A DNA stretch of 63,048 bases, counting the filler, from Lenisia limosa (Eukaryota; Protista; Breviatea), in assembly GCA_001655205.1 (NCBI GenBank). It is 12 parts of 12 records of this genome, joined end to end, with 100 filler letters (N's around TTAATTAATTAA, not from the genome) between each part and the next. Parts side by side here need not be neighbours in the genome. Positions count along the whole stretch, not along the records: positions 5,687 to 13,316 come from LPNZ01007227.1; positions 13,417 to 15,497 come from LPNZ01001635.1; positions 15,598 to 20,380 come from LPNZ01007949.1; positions 20,481 to 22,585 come from LPNZ01006897.1; positions 22,686 to 26,301 come from LPNZ01003828.1; 7 more parts are not named here. One strand, written 5' to 3'. Shown in pieces: positions 11,601-22,889 of the stretch. A model generated the notes under the pieces. The model did not search any database. It worked only from the letters and a program-made list of their open reading frames with translations, and was not told the DNA's origin. The translations under genes and the position numbers were made by a program. Each line of letters begins with the position of its first letter. Positions within the stretch are counted from its first letter, which is position 1.

Positions 11601-12436
11601 CAAAAAATGACCACCACACCCACAAATCGATAACAGGATCAATATCCACCCACAAATCGATAACAAGATCAATATTATCCTCTCCAACATACTGACACAC
11701 ACGTCATGAACAATACCCCCCTCAATCATTATGAATAATATTGCCCTCCCTTCCGCCAACTGAGCTGACTTTTGTCTTTTTTTTTTGTTTCATAAATTTT
11801 CCAAAATCCCCCCCCTCACATCAGGAACATGGAACAGCCGGCGTGCTATTGCGGTCGCTTCGTCTCCAACAAAGTTCATTTTCGTTCCCGACGGCCACAA
11901 ACCTGGGGGTGAGTGGAGGGTGACGTGTCAAGTTACAACATTCTTTGAAAACACATAAATCAATAAGCTATACGGGGGGATGATTAGGCATATCCACTTG
12001 TGTGACAAAATCCACAAGCTACATTCATGTTCTCGAGTCTCATTATTATTATTGTAGAATTCAACGGGTCTTCCTTCATTATTATTATTGTAGAATTCAA
12101 CGAGTCTTCCTTCATTATTATTATTGTAGGATACGTTTGATAGAAAAATACAATGATCAAGATTGGGCTTGAACGGAGTAAAAAGTAACGAAATAGGCAC
12201 CTACCCTTGATCTCTTCCATTTGAACAGGGAAGTGGATGTCTTTGTCATGCCTGTATAGCGTAATCAAAAGAAGGAAGGCAGGAAAAGCGGATAATCCCA
12301 GCAGAAGATGGACAAACTTTTGTTGATTGTCTAAGAGCTTTTGGTGTAAGTGCTTGACAGTGTTCTCATATTTAGCAGCACTGACGGCTAGAAGAGCCGC
12401 GAAGGTGCAGTACGAGAGGAATGTGAAAAGATTCAT
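5700..12436 (-). CDS. Large multi-exon secreted protein of a conserved uncharacterised family (3' end truncated by scaffold end)
   Basis: N-terminal signal-peptide-like MNLFTFLSYCTFAALLAVSA. Spliced exons include GLWPSGTKMNFVGDEATAIARRLFHVPD|NNMFVTGWVAALLMEA, HIP|GDVDDTSIA, KYAYKPFS, IDPRTYYWMHDFL, MPFVTNNVDLSVLANTVYG, RPDLVLLYYPAK|FDVYWFTAR and YWEDFLGQED..DDRLFTTA. Several junctions are phase-consistent. Family assignment is from motif recollection, not a search. Confidence 0.7.
12040..12125. repeat. 36-bp tandem repeat x ~2.5 in an intron
   Basis: CATTATTATTATTGTAGAATTCAACG(G/A)GTCTTCCTT repeated. Confidence 0.85.
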
Positions 12437-12573
12437 CCTTTCTCCTCCCTATTCTTCTGGTCTTCTTCCACACGTGCTAATATTATCCTACTTATACTAT
12501 AAATAATCCACCATGAGTAAAAAAATTTCCATTTTATATAACCATCTCCCCGGGTGGTACTTCCTCCCTAATA

Positions 12574-13100
12574 CTAGGATAATTCCTTCAAGTCACCAAT
12601 ATCATCCTTCTGTAATGCATATATTTTAAATTTTTGGGTGATTTTTTGATTTTTGGTTTTAGTAGGAAACAGAAAAGAGTATAATAAGAGTATACAAAGC
12701 GAGGGGTGTTTTGAGTTTTGTTGGAGTTGTGATACTGCAATAATCAAGGGGCCTCCACTCCCCAATATTCCAACTAGATATTCTTCGTTATCCTCAATTT
12801 GCTGATTCATTCGTGACTCTTCGTACATCTCTTGTGTCTTTCGCAGCTGATTTGCAGCTGAGGCGCTGAAGAACTCGCCATACTCAATTTCCCAGCTAGC
12901 TGGAATCATTTCTTCATTTCTTCCCTCTTTGCCCCCCCCCCCTCCTTTTGTACACCACCACCACCAAAAAACCGTATTGAAAAACCATACACCAGCAGGT
13001 TTTGGGTGGTGGTGTACGAATATTGGAGTGGAGGCCCCCTGGCAATAATGTTCAATATTTGTTCAATAATTGGCATATTATACACCTTCATTGATCGCGA
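12574..13100 (-). CDS. 3' part of a spliced hypothetical protein
   Basis: Exons KVYNMPIIEQILNIIARGPP.., ..WEIEYGEFFSASAANQLRKTQEMYEES.. and a terminal exon KDDIGDLKELS*. Confidence 0.4.
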
Positions 13101-13416
13101 TAAGTCCTGATACAGTCCTGGATATTTGGATCTTAAACTTTGTCGTTAGTCGATCGTATTAGGACTTGTGTGTACCATACGAAGGTTTTCTTTCACCCAA
13201 GATGGAAGCAAAGAAAGTGAACTCAATAAAATACAGCGTCTTAAATAACACCATTTCAGTTGACACGAAGGCATATTGGGCACTCCTCAAAAGGCTTGTC
13301 AAAAGTACTGTTGCAANNNNNNNNNNNNNNNNNNNNNNNNNNNNNNNNNNNNNNNNNNNNTTAATTAATTAANNNNNNNNNNNNNNNNNNNNNNNNNNNN
13401 NNNNNNNNNNNNNNNN

Positions 13417-15230
13417 CATCACGCTCATGTCCTTCCTAATAGCCTGGTTTACCCACGCCCTTTTCCGTACCAACAAACCAGTTATGACCGATTGGAGCTC
13501 TTAGAGCTTCACCCTCCTAGAAGGCGTGTTTGTGTTCGTATTTGATCGATTCTTATGTGAGTATCGTTTGTTCGTTATTTCCTTCTGTTTCTGTTTTAGT
13601 GATGTTACCCCCGAGATTTTAACGATGTTTAGAATGCAGTTGAAGCTGCCCATTTACGTGTTCAGAACAGGTGCATCGACTTGGGATTCCCTTGTGGCAT
13701 TTGGCAATTCAAGGATTACCATAAATTTCTTCAAATTAAATTACATGGGATTCCCAACACATGGGAGTTCAAACGTTTTCACAAGAACCCCAAGTCAACG
13801 CATTGCATTTATTTGCTAGCAGGCCCTCTGAAAAAAGGTCCAATGCACTGCACCAAATTGACGATTTCATCGTTAATTTTTTTTTAAAAAAATACCTCCC
13901 TCACCGGACTGACGGGACGCACTCTCCTCACAGCTATCATATCATTCATTCATGAAATAGTATGTCTATTCAGGTTGCAACCCCCTCCCACTCCACCCAT
14001 TAATATATATGACATATCGATATATCAAATCAGGCCTATCGATTTGTATATGACATCCCATTTTTTTAAGTTTTGTTTTTTTGCTAACTTTTACTTTTTG
14101 CTATTTGGAATAGTAAAATATTGGATTCAAGAGGCATTATGACCGAGTGACGGGATATCCCAAAAATGACGCGATGGTTTTTCCTCTCAAAGCCAATCTC
14201 ATTATATGACTGCCACCCATTTTCATTTTGAAACCGGCTGGCTGGAGTTGCTTAGATAATATTTACAATATTTACGTCCATCCAGTTATAAATAGTTGAG
14301 AGAATTGTCAAACTTGTTTTAATAAAACCCCCAGTGTCAACCTTCTCGCTGCATGCTCACCATGTATTTTAATTATGATGTCCTTGTGGTTTGATAGTAA
14401 CACACAATCAACAAACTGCGGCTGATCACCAACAGAGACTGAAACAACAGACTCCAGGCCAGGCCAGACAGGTTGGCAAACCTTATGCCAATCTGAACAA
14501 AAATGAAAGGCCTTTTCCTTTTCAAGTCTAAGATATCATATGATAGAGTGGAATATAGTATAAGTCGTTGCTGCTGCATATATAACTTCACAAAGCTTAC
14601 CTATGGTTCAACTTCTTTCAGGCACTCTAAAACACTTGATTGAAAAGCTGAAAAGCCACAACCAATTCCTCGCAAATTCCTCGTGCAAAATGTGATTGGA
14701 AGAGTGGGAGGGTTTGTTGGTGCTTGAGTGAGGGAAGGGGAAGACTTCGGGAGCTGTGACAGGCTGTGGGAACCGGGAATGCAGTTTCTGAGCTAACATC
14801 AGTTACATTAGTTACACTGATAGATCCTTCTTTTGTGCCCTCTTTCCCTTCTCCTCTCTCAGCTGTTACAGCTGTTATTTTATTAGGGTAAGCTGTTGTT
14901 AATAATGGTATGACCGCCGGGAATAACACCTTTGGTGGTGTGTGATCTTTGTTGCTCTTTAGATCATCATCTTCTGTGATTTGTTTGCAAGCAGAAGCGA
15001 AGGTTCTAATGCACTCTAGGCTTATTGTGAATAAGAAGAATCAAAGAAGGGCTTCACCCACCAGAATGGTGAAGGGGAAGAAGAAAGTAAGCTAACGGAA
15101 GAAACGGAAATAACGGAAGATTTCCTGGGCACTTTGCTTGTCTTTCCTGAGCTTTTGCTCGGGTTCTTCGATTTGAATCTTACTCAACAGCACGTTTTTT
15201 TGATGTTTTGATTTCATAATTTTCATTTTT
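13417..15230 (-). CDS. 5' part of a spliced hypothetical protein
   Basis: Candidate start MKSKHQKNVLLSKIQIEEPEQKLRKDKQSAQEIF followed by GT, a long open exon 14627-14929 and further short exons; no domain recognised. Confidence 0.35.
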
Positions 15231-16139
15231 ACGTGAACTGGAGTAAATTTTTCAATTTTTCTCCCCTGCGTTCAAACGCCTTGATTGGGAATTACAAATA
15301 AAGATAGCATAACTTTGTATGATATGTTTTGTATTTGAACATATTTTGCAATTATTTTTTGTGAGTGTGTTTACTTCAAGTTTTAAAAAATTATTTCCAA
15401 ATTAATTGCACGGAACTCTAGTTTGAAGGTATTTTATACTCACAGTTTTGGAAGATGAGTATTTTTTGAAAAATAAAAATTACGATTCTCAACTGACNNN
15501 NNNNNNNNNNNNNNNNNNNNNNNNNNNNNNNNNNNNNNNNNTTAATTAATTAANNNNNNNNNNNNNNNNNNNNNNNNNNNNNNNNNNNNNNNNNNNNCCC
15601 GACCTCCTTGTTCCCGCCAACATAGCACCACCTATTCAAGTCGAGGGTCAGTCAGCCTATTTCGTAAGGGGGTTCCCCATACTCCTCCTTCGCTTCACAA
15701 CCCTCGTGTGTTGTCAGCCAGCAAAGTTGATTTTGGGCTTTTTTTGTTTCATACATTTTCCAATTTACCCCCCCCCCCCTCCNNNNNNNNNNNNNNNNNN
15801 NNNNNNNNNNNNNNNNNNNNNNNNNNNNNNNNNNNNNNNNNNNNNNNNNNNNNNNNNNNNNNNNNNNNNNNNNTCAGACGGAAATAGAATGTTCTCTTCA
15901 GGTACTAATTGTCCACTAAAGCTTGATCCGATCCATTCCAAAACTCACTCCAATAGATTGAGCCCATGAACCGCGACCCCTCAAACTTCATCCTAGCACC
16001 GTGAGCTTATGATCATGAGAGCAAGATTAGTATCGTGGTCTTATTTGAGATTTAATTTCATTGATTATTAATCTCTATTCCTGTCAATGTGCAGCAAGCA
16101 TGTATTTGATCTTCACCAATTCCTATTTTTCACCTCCTC

Positions 16140-19100
16140 CCCTCCAGGCCCGACAACAACGATGACGGGTGGATGGAGGACTTAGTTGCGGGCAAGGCTG
16201 TCGGACAGTTGCCAAACCTGCAGACGCAAATGCAGGCTGCTGTGTCCTCGGGGGAACTCACCGTGGGGTGATTTCTCGTCTTCCAGCATATTGTCTTATA
16301 CCATGTGGTACATACATCCACAACATATTCTTTTTGGATCATTTTCACACGTGTGAACTATCATTTTCCACGCAGTGATATGATACATCATATCCACTCG
16401 TATGATAATTGACCGATACAAGTCTCAATGATACTCTGATACACTCGGGATGAACCCTCGTGTTATCTTCTTTCATCATTTCGACTTGAAAGTCGGACAT
16501 AGGATCATATCACTAGTGAATACGGGTTAACATATTCTTTTTGGTTGCATATGAAACCCTCCGATGTCTCACCCATCAGGTCCAGAGAGTCGATCAGCGG
16601 ACCCGAAGAGAGAGATTCCCTGCGCTACAGGTGCGCCAGGGATGATGAGAAGGAGTTACCTCAGGAAGTTCATGAAAGGGAAACAGTATTCTGACTCTGA
16701 TGCCTCTTTTTTCTTTTTTGGAGGACATTGGGCTCACTTGCTTCAGGCATCATCATCAGCAAGGCTTGCAAAAGACACGCCTACAAAAGACGCAGTATCA
16801 TGGAGGGGAGAGGTGGGCTGGTAAACTGAATGTGTAGTCTCTTTGAAATGCGACAATTATGGGCCCATCTTGGAATCCATAATTTGGTCTTTGCTCATCA
16901 GTCTGAGCTGAGGCAAATATGCGTAATAAGAGACATTTAGCTTCTTAACTATGAACTGCCCTCTCTCTCATGAGCTGTAGGAGATCAATAAGACTGCAAT
17001 GCGTAGACGGTCTAAGACGTACACCTCTATCCCTCGCAAGCATAACAGACGCGAGCACAAAGTGGACAGTATGCTGATCTTAATGGCTTGTTGAGATGTT
17101 GGGTTATGTACTCATGGTTTTACAAGTTCTTCACTGGGTAGAAAGACAATTACTTAATACCCACCAATCTGACCCCTTTCTAACATACCAGCTGCTAAGC
17201 CCTTGGAACGCACTCGATCACATTCTTACGGCTCCGGATCCATAGTGGGTTAATGGGGGTCTTTGGATTGTGCCCCTTCAACGGAATTATCGATGAGTTC
17301 ATTTGCTTTGTGACAAAGTAAAGCATCAGTGCTGTGCCTTTCGACTCTACTACATCACGGTTGTTGTTATTTGTGCTAATTGACTGTACATATTACCCGG
17401 TCTTTTGGGACATGCCCTGTTTAATGAACTGAACGTCACTCTTCAGCCCACCCCCGACAGCTCAATGGGTGTCAATGCCGAGCGTATCCAACGAGACCCG
17501 CATTTGACCGTTCTCATACGAGTCAACTTCCTGGACGGCTCGTCCAAAGCCTTCAAGATCAGACACGATATGCAGTGGGGGGAGGGTATTCCTTCAGAAA
17601 CCGCAGAATATGATAACTTGATGAGTAGCCACTTGTTAGCCTAACTATTCAGGGCGAGAGAGCTGTTTTCAGATATCTGCTCGAAATTGGCCCTCACACA
17701 AGACCGAAACTTTGACGTCTACGAAATAGACAAACGATTCGGAATTGAGGTTAGTTTGTAATTTTATCGCTGTGGTTTTCTGTGTTGGACTCTTGATTTG
17801 CCTTGTTGAAACATATTTCGCTGATCACATCTGTCTTTTGAACTTCACTTCGGTGCCAGAACTACCAAGCTCGGTATCACAAATAATATACATTTTTCCT
17901 TTTATGCAACCAAAGTGACCCCTCAACTCACAACACAGCGCCGCATTAAGGGTGAGGAGTACGTATGGGACGTAATGGAGCAATGGTCTAAAACAGACAT
18001 TGAACAGAATCCGGAGAACAAAGTTCCACTGTATGGGGAAGGCGTGTGCATAATGTTTCGAATTTTGTCTCAGTAATAATTAGTTACTCCAAGAATGTGC
18101 CATAATGGCATCCTCTCCTCTAATGCAGCAGACCAGAGTCTTCCGAAGGGGTCGTCATTTCATTGCCTAATAGGGACCTCCCAACTGGTGCGAGGCTTGG
18201 GGTAACTGAAGGGAAACGATTGGCCAAAGATTGCTGTTTCGTCAATTAGGGTGTTTGTTTCTTTAAAATTCCCATTTACCTGCAGGGTTTCTCTTCCGTA
18301 AACGACTTTGGATTCCGCACATCGACGAGGCCATTGTTGACTCGGTAGCCCGGCATCTGATCTATGCCCAAGTAAGGGGGGGGGGGCTTTCCCCGGGTTC
18401 CGAAACTGACGGATTGTGAAATCGAAACTGATCGCGATTTTTTTTTTACACCATCCTCATCATTGCAGTGCCAACACTCCCTGCGTTATGGCCGAATTGT
18501 GCCCAAGCAAAAGGACGTAATTCATCTTGCAGCCCTTCAAATGGCTGTGGGAATGGAGTTGAAGGATTTCCTGGGGATTGTGAAGACAGACTACTTTTTA
18601 TGTTTTGAAATTGATCAAATAGGCCACCCATGGGGATTTCAATAACAAGATTCACAAGAAAGGCTTTCTCAACGAAAAGGTACGAGTCCCCTCATTAATC
18701 ATATATCATATCATATATATAAGGTTTTACTTCGGTTCGGAAAATAACGGTAAAATATCGATAGTTTTCGAGGGTTCATCGAGACATTCCGTCTTTTTTT
18801 GAACCGAAGTGAAGCCCTTATCATATTTTTTTTTTCTTATGCATTATCAAGCAAAACGATACCGCAGTTCACACCTTAGATCCACGATCTCATCCCCGAC
18901 GAATGGGGCATGGAAAAGAAGCAGAAGGAGTGGGAGTCGGCCATTCTCACGCGCTTCAAAAAAGTGGGGCCCTGGCTTTCGTGTCTGTATTGCTCTCTTC
19001 AATAGTTGTATTTGGACCTGCTCTCGCAGACCATGGTACCTGAATCCCCCATATTTGGCATGTTACCGTCCCCGTAGTTGGACCGAATGTCGAAAGAGGC

Positions 19101-20147
19101 AGCAAAAGACCAGTACATCGCATACGCCTCTGACCTGCATGGATATGGGATCGAATACTTCGCTCCTGTCCGGGCTGTGACCAAACGTGATGGAGAGGTG
19201 GGGCTGTAATGAAGGGATGGTATGAAGTAGGGCTCCGTGCAATTGTTTGGAAAATTAATTTCAATATTCGAAGTGTGACGTATTGTAACGAGAACCCTAT
19301 TCCAGACACTTGAATTTCTCTTTGTTTTCACAAAAAATTAATTGCAAGGAGCCCTAGATGAAGCGATGGGAGGGGAATGGCTATTGGAATTAGTTTTTCA
19401 GAGGTACAAATATGAGTAAATGTTGGTTGGCTTTCGTAGAATAGCCTCTCATCCTTTTCCGTTCTCTGCATTTCTGATCTTTCAGATCCGATACGGGCAT
19501 CGCTCCATTCTTGGCGTTTCATACACCCAGGTTTTCATTCTAAAAAATTTCCTTGCGTCAGGTTTGAGGGGATTCTGATGAAATGACAGGCCATCTGACT
19601 AACATACCCAAACTATTTGGGCTTTCCTTCAAGTGATAACAATGCAGGTGTTGTGAGCTGTTTCCCCCGCGAAGACACCCGAGATTGGAGGGAAGAGTCC
19701 AGGACAATGCTGCGTTTCTCTGTAACTGTGGGGAGGGCAAGTATATAGATGTGTCATGGGTTTATTGGTGGAGTGAAGTTCAATGCTGTATTGGATGATA
19801 AGACTTTGACTTTAGTTATACATCACACGTTTCACTCTTTCAGGTAGCTGACAAGATTAGGCTCTACACATTTGAGACTCCTTCAGTGGGTTGGGATTGG
19901 AGTTGACAGAAATTCATTACTTATGGGAAGCAGGCGATAGCCTTAGTAGTACCTGGAGCTTCACTTCGGTTCAAAAAAAGACTGAATTTCTTGATAAATC
20001 AGTCTTTTTCAAGCCGAAGTGATGCCCTGATAGTACTCCCTGATGGTCTAGGGTATGCCGTCTTCTATCATCGACCTGCTCGAAGGTTATTCCGGCGTGG
20101 CAGCCGGGAGCACGCACAACCGGTCGCGTACTCTGCCGTCGCTTTAA
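16140..20147 (+). CDS. Multi-exon protein with a C-terminal FERM domain
   Basis: F1-like VLIRVNFLDGSSKAFKIR.., ELFSDICSKLALTQDRNFDVYEI and RRIKGEEYVWDVMEQW; F2-like FLFRKRLWI..ARHLIYAQ|CQHSLRYGRIVPKQKDVIHLAALQ and AKDQYIAYASDLHGYGIEYF; F3 end SSIIDLLEGY..TLPSL*. Start not resolved. Confidence 0.75.
16373..16517. mobile_element. Repeat family E (~150-190 bp) with short TIRs CAGTGATATGAT / ATCATATCACTAG
   Basis: Second, clearly homologous copy at ~33550-33708 on a different scaffold. Confidence 0.7.
19228..19356. mobile_element. MITE family H, TIR TAGGGCTCCGTGCAATT
   Basis: TIRs TAGGGCTCCGTGCAATT / AATTGCAAGGAGCCCTA with near-TSD gtatgaag/gatgaag. Related TIR pairs at 30566-30936 (AT-rich interior) and ~62283-62422; single end at ~15400-15420. 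Confidence 0.65.
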
Positions 20148-20635
20148 TTTTGATACTATGTTTTGGGCCATTGGGGCTGTGGGTTAGGTCGACTTCTTTT
20201 TAGGTTCTTTCTTTCTTTTGGCTATTATTATTACGATCAATTTATTTTATTATTACAACCAAATTACAACTGATGGGGCCTGAGACCTATAATTATCGAT
20301 CTGTTTGAGATGTGAGAAAGACGTCAGCAATGGGAAACATCCTCCGAATTGATCTTTTTTTTCGGTGAAGGTTTATTCTTNNNNNNNNNNNNNNNNNNNN
20401 NNNNNNNNNNNNNNNNNNNNNNNNTTAATTAATTAANNNNNNNNNNNNNNNNNNNNNNNNNNNNNNNNNNNNNNNNNNNNCCCCCCCCCCCATCTCCCTT
20501 TATAATGTTAATTTTTACTATAGGTTCCCAACAGTCCAAAAAAGACCGAATCTCTCGATAAATCCTCGACAAATTTAGATATTTAAACGGTCTTTTTCGG
20601 ACCGTAGAGAAGCCCTGTCACTACTCCCCATACCA

Positions 20636-22490
20636 GGCATGTCGATATCGGGCATATCCACACTAGGAAGGTCCACAGATGGCATATCCACTGAGGGCAT
20701 ATCGACTGGGGAAGGGGGCGTAAAATTGGAAAATTTATGGGGAAAAAAAAAAAAAAAAATCTCAAAATCAACTTTGTTGGCAGTAGAAGTGATATAATGA
20801 AGAGCTATTGGGGAAGGAGTCAGAGTGTGCCCAGAATATTACAAAACGATTTCTGATCTGACAAAATTGACTTATCAATTATAATAATGTGAACAGGATG
20901 TCGAGTGTCTTGGAAAAGCTCCAAAAAACCAACCTGAGGGGAGGGGTACTCCTCCAGGGAGGAACTTCTTGAACGAGAAGCCTTCCTAAAAAGGAATAAA
21001 TAAGGTAGAAAAACCTTCCTCAAAAGGAAGAAATAAGGAAGTAACCTATCAAAACAAGGAATTAAATAACGAAGAAATCTGAAAAAGGAAGACAAAAACA
21101 GGTCGGGCCCGTCCAACCTTCTTAGGAGGGTCCTCATTGAGCCAGACGGTGCACGCCATCTTCTTACGTCCAGGGAGTTTGGAGGGCAGGGGGTAGATGT
21201 CAATGGCAATGATGTTCTAGAGGGGGTAGGAGTGAAATTAGAAAATGTATGATGAAATGTTTTTGTCGGAAACAAAAGAGAGGAACATAATTCAATATTT
21301 CTCAAAGATTTATTGAGCATTCACCTCTTCTCCGCAACTGAAACCGAGCCTTTACTTAATACACAAAGACTCCTACCTTGTATTCATGGTTCTTGTAGTT
21401 GGCCTCTTTGAAAGCCGAGCCGCTGAGCTACAGTTGTGAGGGAGAGGGAAAAAAAAACAAAACAAAAAAACATATCTTATGTAATACTATATTGATACAC
21501 TATGTATTATATTAATAAAAATAATAAACTGTATTTCACATGACAGATAACGAAATAAAAAACCCTCTTTTTTTAATCAATGTTTCATTTTACGTCTGTG
21601 CTTTTTCTCAATCTCAAAGCTCGTCACTGTGTTATTTTGCTTATTGTGCCTCATTACCTGGCAGGAGGCGAAACCCTCGCGATGGGCAATGTGCACACAG
21701 CGCTTGTCCTTCTTGTCCTTTCCTGGGGGGAGGGGTGTAAAATTGGAAAATGTATGAAACAAAAAAAAAGCCCAAAATCAACTCTGTTGGCTGACAACAC
21801 ACAAGGGTGATAACAACACGCAAAATGAAGAAAATTTCAATAAAGAATATTCGTGTGCAGACACCACCCACCGGCTGTGGACTTGTTGATTTTGTCAAAG
21901 ACGCAGACGGTCTTGCCCTTAGCTTCGCCAGCCTCCTTGGCCTTCTCGTTCTAGGCGGATGAATAACAATGTTTATATGATATATGTGCTGACGCTAAGC
22001 ACTGTACTTAGACAAAAAAAAAAAAAAAAAAAANNNNNNNNNNNNNNNNNNNNNNNNNNNNNNNNNNNNNNNNNNNNNNNNNNNNNNNNNNNNNNNNNNN
22101 NNNNNNNNNNNNNNNNNNNNNNNNNNNNNNNNNNNNNNNNNNNNNNNNNNNNNNNNNNNNNNNNNNNNNNNNNNNNNNNNNNNNNNNNNNNNNNNNNNNN
22201 NNNNNNNNNNNNNNNNNNNNNNNNNNNNNNNNNNNNNNNNNNNNNNNNNNNNNNNNNNNNNNNNNNNNNNNNNNNNNNNNNNNNNNNNNNNNNNNNNNNN
22301 NNNNNNNNNNNNNNNNNNNNNNNNNNNNNNNNNNNNNNNNNNNNNNNNNNNNNNNNNNNNNNAGTAAAACACAGGCTGTTAATGGAATAATATAAAGTAG
22401 TGAAACAACAGCAGTAGCTAACCTCAGTAGTGAAGAACTTGTCGTCATCGCGGTTGCACTCGAGGGTGTACATGAACTTGAGGGTGTCTG
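20636..22490 (-). CDS. Internal part of a spliced hypothetical protein with VDMPS repeats
   Basis: Seven exons join in phase: DTLKFMYTLECNRDDDKFFTTE|NEKAKEAGEAKGKTVCVFDKINKSTA|GKDKKDKRCVHIAHREGFASCQ|LSGSAFKEANYKNHEYK|NIIAIDIYPLPSKLPGRKKMACTVWLNEDPPKK|EGFSFKKFLPGGVPLPS|VDMPSVDMPSVDLPSVDMPDIDMP. Confidence 0.75.
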
Positions 22491-22889
22491 GAGAGAGTGA
22501 ACAAGGAAAATTGTGAAAATATATATATAATATTTAAAAAAAAAAAAAAAAAAAATCAAAACTGTTGGCTGACAACAAATACGGGNNNNNNNNNNNNNNN
22601 NNNNNNNNNNNNNNNNNNNNNNNNNNNNNTTAATTAATTAANNNNNNNNNNNNNNNNNNNNNNNNNNNNNNNNNNNNNNNNNNNNAGTCTTAAATATTTT
22701 TGAATCAATTGGCTGGTCAAGGCCAAATACGCGGTCAAGGCCAAACTCGGCCACTTATGTACATGTATATATATTATATCATATCTATAATTATATAGCT
22801 ACATAATACATATATTTCTCAAGGGTAATATGTAGCACTCCTAAAGGATATTAATAATCATATATGATATATTCCTGCAATCAAAAATA

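Noticed and set aside
11984-12030. CxxCH haem-binding motif (ACGFCHT) in ORF 11984-12436
   Set aside because: It appears only by reading through an intron and tandem repeat; the gene continues downstream in other exons, so it is probably a chance motif.
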